DNA of 63,091 nucleotides, filler included, from Choristocarpus tenellus KU-1152 (Eukaryota > Protista > Phaeophyceae), in NCBI GenBank assembly GCA_964200185.2. It is 14 parts of 14 records of this genome, joined end to end, with 100 filler letters (N's around TTAATTAATTAA, not from the genome) between each part and the next. Parts side by side here need not be neighbours in the genome. Positions count along the whole stretch, not along the records: positions 1 to 9,600 come from CAXNAD020003545.1; positions 9,701 to 15,216 come from CAXNAD020010549.1; 12 more parts are not named here. One strand, given 5' to 3'. Below, piece after piece: positions 1 to 12,670 of this stretch. The notes beneath the pieces are model-generated. The model searched no databases and was not told where the DNA came from. It was given only the letters and a program-made list of their open reading frames with translations. Every line of letters begins with the position of its first letter. Positions within the stretch are counted from its first letter, which is position 1. Both the position numbers and the translations under genes were made by a program.

Positions 1-49
1 CAAATGGACAAACAGGGCAAAACTCGTACCCTCTAAGATACTTTCACTC
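1..49 (+). mobile_element. MITE family A, 3' end fragment cut by the window edge; a second 5'-truncated copy lies at ~278-399
   Basis: Matches the family A right TIR ...CAAATGGACAAACAGGGCAAAACTCGTACCCTCTAAGATACTTTCACTC. Confidence 0.9.
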
Positions 50-843
50 TATCCTTGTTCCGGACATAGCTTTTCATAACATACATGTCCTGCACTATCC
101 CACTCAACCTCACAACAACATGATCTTCCCCTGGGGATCCTAGGTCAGATTTGGTAGCAAGTTTGGGCGGTGTTTGTCCTAATCATACTAGCGCATGATA
201 TGGTATACACCATACACCAATAGAATACCAACCATCAGTACAAATAGTTCTCTACTTCATGACTCAATAGGTCAGGACTACACATTTTACCCACTCCGAA
301 ATATTTTGGACTAGGAAAATGTCATAAAAACCCCAAGGGAAGCCAAGCCCCAAATGGACAAAGAGGGTAAAACTCGTACTCTCTAAGATGCTTTCACTCT
401 GTATTATTGAAGAAACAAAAAAAAATGACAGCAAAATATATACTTTGAAGTGTAGACATAGTAGTGATATCAATTTTCGATCACGAGAAGGAAATAATGT
501 CTGGATAGTCATTGTTTCTAGCAACAAGAGCAGGATAAGTATGAAAGAAGAAAATCAACAAAGAAAAAGTGTTGCACAATTTTCACATGCCAATGGCCTA
601 GGGTGGGTGAAAGTATTTCAATTCAAAGAGCGACTCTTGCACATCATCTCGAAACAAAATCAACATACGATTTCCCCAACAAATCCCAAAGAGTTACTGA
701 ATCTTCAACTCAGGAATGCTCCATGCCCACCCCAACAAAATTGAAAACATTTCCAAAAGAGGAAACAGGTGCGATAATCTTATCCCTATTCGTAATACTA
801 ACAACAAAATCATATTAATCTACAAGTCGAAATAGCAACTTAC

Positions 844-931
844 TCTTGATCCTGGCCAGAGCTTCAGGGGAGAAGAGGGCATCGGGTCCATCCAGCTCGT
901 AAATAACTCTCAGATTGAATAAATCATCTTG
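844..931 (-). CDS. Candidate isolated internal exon (QDDLFNLRVIYELDGPDALFSPEALARIK), product unknown
   Basis: CAG acceptor before 931, strong GTAAGT donor after 844, open frame, higher GC than the flanks. No partner exon identified. Confidence 0.45.
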
Positions 932-3578
932 CTGTGTTTCAGTGGTATCGGGTTTGTACAGAAAATAGAAGTTTCCATTGCAAATGCACAGGGACGTGAG
1001 CACACGAACATACTAGCACACACAGAAATTTTGACAAAAAAAAATAACATAACAAATGAACGGAGGGACTTTTTGAATCATACATAGCATATTGCAGCAA
1101 AGCGTCAAGGTCAAATTTCTAATTACCAAGTTCAAGATCCGTGTACACTTGGGATAGTGCAGTAAAGAAGGGGAAAAATAATGGCAGTTTATAAGGGAGT
1201 GCAGGCTACACACACCTGTCTCACTTTCACAACAAGTCTTCAAACTCCAACAGACTCAATCACCAAAGTAGGCCCTGCTGCAGCCTGCTTTCTTGCCCCC
1301 CTTTTCAACTAGCCTCAATCCTATCATATCGTTCTGATTCAAGTTTTGTTAAAAATATCTGTAACAACCTGGAGCTCTTGCCCCAGGTTCTGAAGTACAC
1401 TATTGAAAGAACTATTGTAGTAGACATATGCATCTACAAAAACGAAGCAAATACTTTAAAACGCGGTCATGTAGATTGTAGCACATATGCCTTGCCTCGT
1501 GGTTTAGATAACCCTTCTCAGCCTGGTTCAATGCAGGAAGGCAATTTGAAGTTCATGCATCTACAGAAAACACATGAATATGGAAAGTTTCCCAGAGATA
1601 CGTGAAATCAAACCTACATAAACACTACTAAACTGTGTCTATCGCTTTGTGTCCCTGACTCCTTGTCTCACAAACCTAAATGTGATTTGAAGTTTCTACT
1701 TTGAAGGTCTTTCCATATGAGCATAACCTACTGGTGGAACCATCCCTTCTGCCTATAACAAACCCCACAATACGACGACCCCTTTCTGGATCTCTTGACC
1801 AATAGCCAAGAAGTCATACTACAGTTTTCAAAACACTTTCTTTGCACACATGAACAACAAATGTTAACAAAAACCTAGATTCCAAAGATAAATATGGCCA
1901 AGCAGTGTGTTTTATTGTTTTTTTCTCCTCAACCATTGTTTCAAACCAAACCAAACAAAACCCAAATCAAGACATTTCTCATTGACAGCACTAGCTTTTC
2001 CCAAACCAAAGCCGTGCATAATATGTTGTAGATAGGTCTACCAAAGCTCCATCAATATGAACAAAGCTTTACTATAATGGCATCATGAGTCAGTGCGCAT
2101 TCAGGGGATGGGGTGGGTGGGTGATCATGCCTTTTCTCGCTCCTTGAGTGGGCCACCCAGCCTAGCACTAGCAATGTTGTAAGCATTGAGCAAGTATGTC
2201 TCCTGTTTGTAGACTGTGCTATCATAGAGATACTGAATTGATGGGGTCAAAGGGAGGTGGGGCGGTCTGGTGTGGAATAGGAGTAAGTTTGGAAGAGCAT
2301 ATTTCAGTCATATGTTGTTCATCAAGGCAGGCATGGAATTACTAACCACAGAATCCTTTCCAAGCAAAGGTCTATATTATTTTTTGTTGTTTCTTTTTTG
2401 CCTGCCCACAGGTATCTCGTCTTGGTGTGCACAATACCAGCAACAAATATTCAAAGTTGGTTAGGTCCTGAAGCACCCTGCAGTCTCTAAAATGGATGCA
2501 TTATCCGCTGTTTCCAGGGCAAGTAAATCACACCAACAGAATAGAGCTTGTGGGATAGAGGACCTCTTTCAATGAAACATCCGTCACTGGAAATCCTATT
2601 TCGATAGTTCACTCAGGGCAACACCCCAAATGGACTGTGCCATACACAGTCCCCTGTTAAAGCTCTACCCCTCAACAGAAAGAAAGGCGGGTGTAGCTTC
2701 ATTGATGAGAACTCCATTGAGAGAGAAAGCACAATATTCAACACATGAGCAATGGTCAATGAGCAGTGAGAGAACTGCTGAACCCAGGGGGGAAGAAGCA
2801 AAGCACATACGGAGGAAGTTGTGTACGAGAACAAATAGACAATAGCAACCAGATTTTTCTGAAATCAGCATCATGAAGCGGACAGCGATTGGACTTCACA
2901 CCAACAAAGCATGCGAAGGTTTGAATGGTCAATGACGAATCGAACACTGACCCTCAATCAGCAGACTCTGGAAAGGACTGCAACATGTACTATGATAGAG
3001 GGCAGGCATCATCAAGATGGGGATACACTATCCTGCTGATGCAACTTAGACAATGGGGGTTTGGTCGGGTATAGAGACTCAGACTGGGGCACTGACCCTG
3101 TGTCAAGGCAGAGCTTGACAGGGTATCTGATACCCATGAATGGAGCACTCATTGCAAGGAAATCAAAATGCAAGGAGCTGTAACCACATCTTCCTCAGAA
3201 GCACAATGGACACTGATGGTACAAAGGCATGAGACACACGATATTTTCCAGAGGAATCCTGAGGGAACTTGGCATACCACAAAGATTTACGACTTGGCAT
3301 GAGGATAACTGAGACACAACATAAGTAGGGACAACTGAGGGGTTCAGTGGAAGAATGGGGGGCTTGGGGATCAAGTTGAAATGCACAAGGGAGTACATGG
3401 GCAAAGGAATTTTTATAGTGAAATATATACCTACTGCACTACAACCTGCCGATACTAAAACAAAGAGGTTACAAAAGAAGTAGGTAGAAGACTTTGTGGA
3501 CACTATGTTGATGAGATGAATGTAGTGGGTGAACGTTGAAGCATTCTGAGTGTTTTTTTCACTTCCACTCTCATAGAG

Positions 3579-3812
3579 GAGTGTAAAAAATAGGACAGTC
3601 GTAAGGCGTACCCTGTTTTAGTATTTGAGATTATATTGCATTGGATTGAGTCCATGTGATGTAACTAATGAGATAGTATATCCGGATTATAAAAGGGGTT
3701 TGGTATTATAGTTACACTACGCTGACATCTTCTAATTTCACCCACCACCCTATTCTCATTCAGCAAAGGGGATCATGTGAGACTCAACATCTTCTTGTCT
3801 GTACTACCAATC
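3579..3812 (+). mobile_element. Dispersed repeat family E (probable decayed MITE); second copy at ~36789-37103 on the minus strand
   Basis: Shared blocks TTGAGTCCATGTGATGTAACTAAT and TTCAGCAAAGGGG with the reverse complement of 36789-37103; degenerate TIR beginning GAGTG/GAGGT. Boundaries approximate. Confidence 0.65.
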
Positions 3813-4069
3813 AAATTACAATACTTTCCAAGGTTAATTGCACAAATGGAAGTAGTTATGCAGAGAGATTGAAGTACCTATATACGATGGTTAGGCCAGT
3901 TTTTTCATCTACAATCTTTGGAGCTAATATTTTTTAATCGATGTTCTTCTCTGAAGCTGCTGCTTTCCTTTTTGAAGTCATCACTTCTTCTACATCCTTC
4001 ACCTACAACCCAAGGATTGCACTTCAGAAGTTGATCCTCCAAAACAAATCCATTATGACAGGAACGTTT

Positions 4070-4327
4070 GAGTGAAAGTATCTTAAGGGATAAGAGTTTT
4101 GCCCTGTTTGTCCATTTGGGACGAGGTTTCCCATGGGTTTCTTTTGACATTTATCCACTCCGAAATGTTTCGCAGTAGGTAAAATGTGCACATTATGAAA
4201 AGGTGTGCCTGGAACAAGGATATTGACACTTCCTACCAAACAAGATAGCCAAGAATACATCAAAATTGCAACATTGGATTTTGGCCCCCAAACGGACGCG
4301 GCTCTACCCTCTAAGATAATCTGTCTT
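4070..4327 (-). mobile_element. MITE family A, full length
   Basis: Degenerate TIRs GAGTGAAAGTATCTTAAGGGATA / TACCCTCTAAGATAATCTGTCT, ~258 bp, probable TTT TSD. Confidence 0.88.
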
Positions 4328-4717
4328 TTGCCAACTAACAACGAATAAGACGTAACTGACTTAATCTGCACAAAAGTTAGGAGAAAGATGTTGCGTGGTA
4401 TATGAGATGGGGTAAGGATCCGAGCAATAATGCATACAGCTTGAGTTCAATAAAGAAACTACCAGAAATGATAGTCCTAGCAACATAGATCTTTGAATTA
4501 CATATTAATAACTCTACATGGAATAACCTATGACTACCAATGCAATACTTGGGTGCGACATAAGAGCCTTCAGCAAGATACAAGCAATACAACTATCGAA
4601 AATAATACAGATCATGTATATGCATTTGTACATGCACTCAGCGTGGCGATCCTCTCCTACAGAAACAATGGATAGGATAAACTACATGGTCGGTTCAACA
4701 TTCTACAGTGAAGTCGT

Positions 4718-4870
4718 GGCTCAAGGTATCTGGGGAGGGGGGGGGGTCTACATCAGGGTGTCCAGTGGGGCTCTGACGAGGAAAAGTGAACTTACATTAT
4801 CCGTCCGACTCATGTAACCAAATTACCCAAAATTCACGACGTGGGCAAATGGCTCCCAAATGGACAGACG
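4718..4870 (+). mobile_element. MITE family B (poly-G TIR), 3' truncated
   Basis: GGCTCAAGGTATCTGGGG... left TIR and an interior matching the copies at 15000 and 44766. Confidence 0.85.
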
Positions 4871-7340
4871 CAACTTGGTTATTTGCTGCATGCAGTATTG
4901 TTAAATGATACAGTGGCAAGATAAAAGCCTGGAACACAAATATTTTCACCTATTACAGAAAGATTACTTAAGAAATGAGATTATCACTCGGTTGAGGAGG
5001 AACAGCATATGCAGTGGTGATGTTACCATTCTTATCTATATTATTGATATTTTCATATTAAACAGAGCGGTGTCGTACCACTATCCATCAAAAGGATGTT
5101 GAAGAAAGGGAAATGTCTCAACACTTAAGAAAATAGAAAAATGTTGCATAAACGGTGTGCTAGAAAGTGAAAAGAAGATTGAAAAAAACTTGATCTAGCT
5201 AAGGAGGGCATTCAACAGATTCCCAAGCACAATTCAGTATTACCCAATAGGTGGGATAGGGTGCCATTAATCTTGTTGACATCGCCTGGATCAAAATATT
5301 AATTCACAATTACTCCATCAAATCAAAACACCACTCATCACATAGCCCACAGAGCAAAGATGAATGCAAGAATTATCAATCCAAAAGGAAAGAGACAGCT
5401 CCCAAAGTGCCACTCAGTGGATAATGGCGAGTGATGTGTACAGTGTCAAAATTGTCGACATACCTTTGAAGGTTATCAATATTGGCTCTTTCTTGTGTGC
5501 TATACTATTACTTTTTCCATTTTCTGATATAACGTGGCAATATATGGTACCTATTCTTGTTGATCGACATGAAATTTGATGACAGTTTTCGAGAAGTAAC
5601 CTTAATATTCCCATTATCCTACTTTGGCACTGAGTCAGAATGCAATGGTTGGCACAAGAAAATATTGCTCTTGGACATGGTGCAAAGAAACAGAAAAACT
5701 ATTCCAAAGTATGCCCAACCTCATACTAGTTGTTACTGTACTTGCTCATTTCTAATTTTTGATGATGTGTTCAGTAGGGCTACTGGCACACAATGACTAA
5801 ACACACACATATTTGTTCAGATTCCAAGATGTACCCTCAACAAGTTCAACTCAACAATGTAACAGGTCTTGTTGATAGCACGTCCTGGACAAAAATTCTA
5901 CCAACTAAGAACACAAGTAAACAATAGGACACATCTCATCAAGCAGGAACAATATAACATCATCTACAAGAAATTTAACTTACAAAGGGTACATCACTGT
6001 CGAACTGTTGTCCCAACACATAGTAAAGAACCAGACAATGAAGTTGAGGTCATTGCACAGGAAACAGATCAGGAGGCGACACATGGAAACATCGTGAATA
6101 GCACAGGCGCAGTTCAGAGGAAGAATTCAGATGTTGGTAGCCCTGTTGGACAGATTGTGCGGATTTGAGCAGTGGAAGTGCTAGTGTTCATTTGCCTAGC
6201 AGAGACAGGGCGACAGAGGGGCAAAGAGGGTGTATGTAAGGTAAGGCAAAGGATAAATAGAGGAGAAGACCGCTCATATTTGAGGGGATTCATTTGGAGG
6301 GTAGAAAGAGCTAATGACTTTCTTGTTTCTTCAGTTGTGACTAATTATATTTACACAATGAACGAACATGCAAATTACATAGATTCCACTGTTGACTCTT
6401 ACCGTGCTGTGTTTAGTTTTGTGAGATTGATTGTGGTGATCTTTATGACTTGTGAGTAGGTGACTAGTCAATAGATGATTACCAACATTTAATTGGCATT
6501 GATTCAGAAACCCTGTGAGGGTTGTTCAGGCCTCTGCAGTTTCAGATAGGAATATCAGATGTAGGTTCCTCTCATATATATGATGTTGCTTCAATATGTA
6601 TAACATGCTATATATAAATCCTACTACCTACTTCTTAGCCCCAGGCTGTATCTCAAGAACATATTGTTAATAGAATGTTTATACTTCGTTTGGAATACCC
6701 CTTTAGCTACTACCTAGCTAGTCCACTATCCCAGCCCTAGCACTACAACTAACTCCACCCCCCAATTCCAAGAAGAATACTAAACAAAATCCATTTTGAA
6801 CATCTGCCTACTCCTACAACACAAAACGTCATATTTTATATTTTCTCACTCTGAGCACTTCCACTCCACCCACAAGAAGGAGTATTAGCAACTGTTGAAA
6901 TCAAAACATGTGGAGGAGTTAACAAGTTTAGAGACAAGGTTAGGGTGGCGGAGGGGGGAAGGGGGTGATAATATTTCATTAATTCCACTAATGCCTATTG
7001 GCACCGGCAAAATATTCCTTGCTGAGCCGCCATGCAAGAGGGGACGTTGGAAGGGTTGTGAGGTTTGCATTACACACCCGTCATAGATAGGGTTGTTACA
7101 AATTCAAGCATGAATGAGAGCAACAGCTCTGTCAACAAGAAGAGAGTAAGTCTGGAGTTCGGAACCGTTACTTAATTAAATATCATAGAGTGTAAGATGT
7201 AGGGAGAGGATCGCCAGGCAAATCTGCTACGATTAATGCATACATTTGACGCTCTACAGTAACATGTTATCGCATGCAATGCAACCTGTGGCTGACAGAG
7301 ATGTTCCTGGAGTGTGTACCTCTAGATATGAACTGTGAGT

Positions 7341-7591
7341 GAGGAAAAGTAGACGAGAGGTACCTAGGTTTTGGTCAATTTGCTTTCTATGTCTGTTTTT
7401 CGTGATTCACCTATATTTCTATGGCTGAAGTTCTAAGTTTGACTGGAGAGCGTATATTTCTCTATTGTTTGGAAATTTTCTGACATAGTTCAGAAAATTC
7501 CCTATATACATTCGTAAAAAAGTCAAACTTAGTACTTACTTGTCAGCATCCTTTAAATCCATCTTTGGGTACCTTTCGTTTACTTTGACTC
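7341..7591 (+). mobile_element. MITE family C
   Basis: TIR GAGGAAAAGTAGACGAGAGGTACC / GGTACCTTTCGTTTACTTTGACTC; interior homologous to 14575-14829 and to the reverse complement of 58118-58376. Confidence 0.85.
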
Positions 7592-7844
7592 TGTACTATT
7601 TCACATACAAGGTGGTGCAATACAGCAGTGTATAAGATAAAGAAAGATTCTTGAGCACTGGAATATAGATTGAAGGTTTGGGCTGGGCGATCATGTGACT
7701 GATGGACCAGATAGATGTAGACAACCTCACAGTTGACCTCTCTTAAGTTGATCAAGGCTACTACTCTGGTACATGAGTGCACCGTTGGCCATATATTTCA
7801 AGATATAAAGGCTCGTCGATCATTTGATATGGGTGGACTGGCGC

Positions 7845-7935
7845 GATGGATGGTTGGATGGTTGGATGGTTGGATGGTTGGATGGTTGGATGGTTGGTTA
7901 GTTGATTGGTTAGTAGGTGAATGATTGGGTTGGTG
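7845..7935. repeat. (GGAT/GGTT)n microsatellite
   Basis: Directly visible tandem GGATGGTT units. Confidence 0.9.
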
Positions 7936-8486
7936 GGAAGATAGATTAATAGCGTTACATGTCAACACCATTACCATCTGAGCCTAGGTAGGTGAATGCA
8001 ATGCTGCCAGGCATGAGCGTAATCATCCCGAAATCAATATTTGTCTAACACAAAAAAATTACTTCAGGGTTGACACGATTATCTCCAAGTAACAATTCCC
8101 TACTTTATATGAGTGGTTACTCACCATTGCTCAGAGTGCTAGCGATGTGCTTGTCCAGAGTTCAGATGAACTGTAATATTCTGCTAAAGGTCGACTTTCC
8201 TAGGGTCTGATATATATCACATCATTGTCATCTTTTCGGGGTCATAATCATGATTGACAGTTATTACAGAGGATAACTTCTCCGGTGAGCAAACACCTGT
8301 CCAAGTTTTCCTGGTTGCAAGGACACTCCTGTCTACCACAATGTCCCAATATTCCTAGCAGACAGTTAGGAAATGGGGACTTTCGATGAGGTGCTTAACA
8401 AAAAGGAGCTCAAGGGGAATCCTGAAAAAGACTGGAATCATGAAAGAAAGGGGTTGCTGCCAACACTGATATAGGAAGAATACTAA

Positions 8487-8744
8487 GAGTGGAAGTACCT
8501 TAGAGGGTACGAGTTTTGCCCTGTTTGTCCTTTTGGGGCTTGACTTCCCATGTTTTTTTAAATGACATTTTCCACTCCAAAATGTTTCGGAGTAGGTAAG
8601 GTGTATACGTTATGAAAATGTGTGTCCGAAACAAAGATACTGACACTTCCTAATAAACACGGTAGCCAAAATTACATTGAAATCGCAAAATTGGATCTTT
8701 GCCCCCAAATGGACGCGGCCCTACCCTCTAAAATACTTTGGCTC
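8487..8744 (-). mobile_element. MITE family A, full length, TAA TSD
   Basis: TAA|GAGTGGAAGTACCTTAGAGGGTA...TACCCTCTAAAATACTTTGGCTC|TAA; 258 bp. Confidence 0.93.
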
Positions 8745-9514
8745 TAAAGGCTACCCTTATACATTAAGTTGTTCCGGAGTCTCCACTTCAACCGGTACCC
8801 CATAGTCTGATTCAATGCGCTGAATAAAAAGTGATAATCGTACGTCCAATTCCAGTATACAATGGCATTACTCTGTTTAACGTTGCTCCGTGGTAGACAC
8901 ATGACATATATTGAGAGGGATTCCAACCATGATCAAACTAGGCGTCTCTCTCCTGCTTACCACGAACCAGAGGACAATCCCGAAGCAGAGCCCACTGCAA
9001 GTACCGCAGGGGCGCTTAACCGCAGCCTCGATGTAACAAAATGCAACCAAGTCAGGATTTCCTTTCTTCTTGTCTGCCACACCTGAGCCCTTCGAATCTT
9101 TGAGTGGGACTGTTGATTGAGTCTCAAACCCCGGTACAACACTCATGACGGAGGCGTTCTCTCGCTTAGCCTTTGTCGACAAATATCTTCCAAACTCTTT
9201 ACAATGATTATGCACAGGACGTTCAAAGATTGACCCCCTGAAGACAGATTGATTCTCTGAAGCACTAGAACTACAAGGATTTTTTCTGAAGGAAACCGCC
9301 ACCTTTTGGACGAATGGGATTGTATTGTTGTGAGCTGTGGGTGACGGTTTCAAACATGGAAAATATTATATTACAAATAAAACAGTTCTGATAGTGTACT
9401 TATACATGTAAATACGAAAAAGTCAAGGATGATTTAAGTGGTGTGGTAACAACAAGACACCCACAAGTCATTGGTTTTTCCCTGACACATCTGCAAAGTA
9501 TAAGAGGGCATAGT

Positions 9515-9600
9515 GGCTCAACCTGGAGGGGGGGGGGGTGGTGGCTGTCCATTCGGGGCCCAATTTTCCATGTCGCAATTTTTGGGTGATTTGGTTGCAT
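9515..9600 (-). mobile_element. MITE family B fragment at a contig end; further fragments at ~15370-15560, 18777-18872, 34031-34079, 37607-37698, 40690-40734, 46485-46661, 56594-56663, 59537-59693, 59835-59875 and 63075-63091
   Basis: Poly-G/poly-C TIR, GTCCATTTGG subterminal motif and shared interior (CATTATCCAT...CGACATGAAAAA). Confidence 0.85.
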
Positions 9601-9700
9601 NNNNNNNNNNNNNNNNNNNNNNNNNNNNNNNNNNNNNNNNNNNNTTAATTAATTAANNNNNNNNNNNNNNNNNNNNNNNNNNNNNNNNNNNNNNNNNNNN
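9601..9700. other. Artificial contig-joining spacer N44-TTAATTAATTAA-N44 (first of 13; others at 15217, 18873, 23906, 26685, 29910, 33931, 37507, 40549, 46343, 51431, 56494, 59694, each 100 nt)
   Basis: Identical 100-nt structure 13 times; the core puts stop codons in all six frames; sequence content changes abruptly across each spacer. Confidence 0.97.
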
Positions 9701-12400
9701 CCCCCGTGGGGGGGCCCGCCTGTCCTTATACCTTAGGCTTAGTCGAGATCGCTTCCAAATCGTAGCGATGCCCTCTACAAAAAGTACCGTAATATTTGAA
9801 CAAAAATATATCCGGACACCCGAAACATTTCCAAAAAAGGTCATAAAAGGGGCCCTTCCAAGTGCAAAAACAGTCGCATAAAAAAACCTTGAGGTACTTT
9901 TTTAAGACAGTTTTCGCAAAACAACGATACTCATAGTCCCGCTCCTGCCTCAATTTTGAAAATCCTCTGTTATTTATACAAAAATGAGTAAAAGTAATGA
10001 AAATTATAACTCAAAATTATGTGGTAGAATCTGTGTCACCACATCCAACAGTACGCAAAAGAATCTGAAGTTTAACCGTCCGCTGTGGTTGAACCACCTG
10101 AAAGAATGATTAGAAATATCTACATTTTTGTTAAGAGTTGTATCGGTTGTATTCCTGTAATTTGTTATTCCAAAAATTGATTGTTGAGTCATAAGTTCTT
10201 TCATTTAATTCCTATTCCTATACAGTGAGTGTTCTTAGACCACCCTTTGTCATTGCTTCTCATTCTGAGAAATAGCACATGAGTTACTCAAACCCTCTGC
10301 ATCTTGCGATCAATCCATCACCGAAGTGATGGGATATGGATCTAATTGCAAGGTCATTGTCACGGAACCAGAAAAATGGAGCATCTCTCATATCCCTCCC
10401 ACTAGAACCAAGATTAGAAGAATGCCCACAGTAACCTTTACCGAAGCCCCAGTTGTCCTCGGAAAAGCCGATGTGATAGACAGGTGATCTGCTAGTTGTG
10501 ATGCACTCGTTCGTCCGGACAGCCTTGTCTTCCATGTGTTGGAATGTCTTCCATGTACACGCAATGTTTACATCTTCTCTTTGTCAAGTGTATTTAAATT
10601 GCCCCTTTGCTGCTTCTACTCCACAATAGGACTCCAAGTCCTCCTAGTTTCCCCTTCCAGACCATCTCACCCAATGGGAGGACTGATACATCGTCGAAGT
10701 TGGCGGATGTTGATCGTGTGTCACCATTAAAACTCTCCGCAATCCGTACGTGGGTATCTCAAACATTGTGGGGTGTGCTGAGTGGTAGTGGCACTCGGAG
10801 GTGGCCAACGCTTGGACAGCTCGAGCTAGCTGGGGCATTCGGATCGTTGGGAGGCACTGGCACTGGTGCTGGACCAGGCCCAGCTGGAGGGTGTGCCAGG
10901 GTTAAACCTCGAGAACGCGCCAACTTCGCGGGGAGGTGGAAACGGTCGAGTGCCACAAACTTTGTTGAACTGTTGGAATTCTGCGATGTCCCAGCTGATG
11001 TTGCAAGAATGGCGAGGGAGGTAACTTCCATACATCTCATCGAGCAGGATAATCTGCACGACTACTTCCATGTCTGCGTTATCAAGGTGTGTGAATAGCA
11101 GGTATCCTCACGTGCTGGGGAGATCCCTTAGATCAAAGAAAAAATATAGTACTTGGTCTTGGCATTAATATTTCAGGGTGGTGAGGGGGACAAATGAGAG
11201 GTGCATGTGAAGCACTGTGTGGTGTAATGGAAAGGTAATACAACTCGGCTTTGAGAGAAACGAAAGAGAGTCTATTTTTCAAAAGAATAAGCAGGAAAGT
11301 CTCGATTTTAGTTTGCACCAGTATCCTTAGGAGGTCGTTGCATATAGTACTGGGATAATTGTTGCCGTGAGGGTCTGATTCCAAATCGCTTCTGAGGCTT
11401 GGAGCTGTACGTCGATGTCTCACAATTCAATCCCCTGTGGTTACAGTGTGGTAATCTTAAAGGTCTTCAATTGCCCTAAGATGCTCATAACCAGCTTTAC
11501 ACTCTTTAACTGTGGAAATAAATTACTCTTCCGGCTCGAACATCCAATCTGACTCAAGAGACATTGTCCAGCTCATGTCCCCAGTAAAATTGTCGGGTCG
11601 TAAGGACTTACTATGAAGTAACTCTGGTACTCTTCAATAAGGCCCCTCAGTCTCCTCCTTGCAGCCTCTATTGATTGTCTTAGGTTGTAGCATCTGCGCC
11701 ATAGGTAGTTCGTTTGCCTACTGTTGTAGTTGACTCTTTTCTGCTCTAAGCTTGCCCTCGTCACCTCTGTCCTGCATGCACCTCGGATTGTTGTCGTTGC
11801 AACTCTCATTAAACGAATCCGTAATAGGTACTACTGCCTATGAACCATCTCATATCTGAAGGTATTAGAATCAAAATTCATACAGCACTGCACCATACAC
11901 ATGTGGGTATAGAATGTTATCGTGATCAGTCACCGAAGAGAGTTACCTCCATAAAGTATCAACAGAGAGATGAACGTCCCACACACAGTCAACCTGAAAT
12001 TCCACCATTCAACCTTGAATAGTTAGCACTTCTGGTTGATTAGTTCCTTAGTCCTGATATTTGAGCAAGTGAAAGATCATTTTGCGGGCTTTGGAGGGTC
12101 ATATTTGAAGCATGAGAAAACAGTATCTATGAAAGTAGTACTGCTGTTTGGTTCTATGGTCGCATTTGCAATACCGTACCTCTCCTTGCCGAAAATTAAT
12201 TCTCTCCTCTAATGGACTGTAGTTCAATAATTTTTGGTGTTCCAGGTATAGGCCCAATGTGAATAGTCACAATACAATAGAGTATCAGCTGTATCTGCTC
12301 TTTCAGCACTTGCCAATAGTTCTCATTCACACCGCATCTGAAGCTATCCTCAAGTCCTCCCCATATCCCCTCTCAATTGAACATACTATGTAACACACAG

Positions 12401-12670
12401 GGAAACAGGCGTGTCGAAGACCACTTTGTAATTGGTGATGATGATCTAAACGTTCATGTTTCAGGAGGGGTTACGTACGAATCACGTGCCCGATGGGAAG
12501 CTGGAGAACAAGCCCTCGTGGTTACAAGCACATGTGCTCAGCTGGGAACTGAGGTTGTGACAGTACGTCACATGGACAAATCGGGTGATGTGATGGTTCT
12601 GTCTCAAGTGGCACGCCGAGACGACTCGTCACACACAGTTCATGCCCGAATGGTGTTTGAGCGTGTGTAA
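12401..12670 (+). CDS. Probable terminal exon of a beta-rich protein, possibly FABP/calycin-like
   Basis: CAG acceptor at 12398-12400, 89 open codons ending ...VHARMVFERV* at TAA, coding-like composition. The alternating beta-strand pattern and 'RMVFER' ending resemble the end of fatty-acid-binding proteins (inference). Confidence 0.55.
   Translation, partial: GNRRVEDHFVIGDDDLNVHVSGGVTYESRARWEAGEQALVVTSTCAQLGTEVVTVRHMDKSGDVMVLSQVARRDDSSHTVHARMVFERV

Noticed and set aside
4024-4371. Recurring '[11 protein letters not shown]' / 'ILEGRA.SIWG' peptides in many short ORFs
   Set aside because: Chance translations of MITE family A.
9645-9656. Recurring palindrome TTAATTAATTAA as a biological motif or repeat array
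   Set aside because: Always centred in N44 blocks; a synthetic six-frame stop linker.
11205-11235. ITPHSAS peptide shared with the ORF family at 15725-16110
   Set aside because: Surrounding sequence does not align; probably coincidence.
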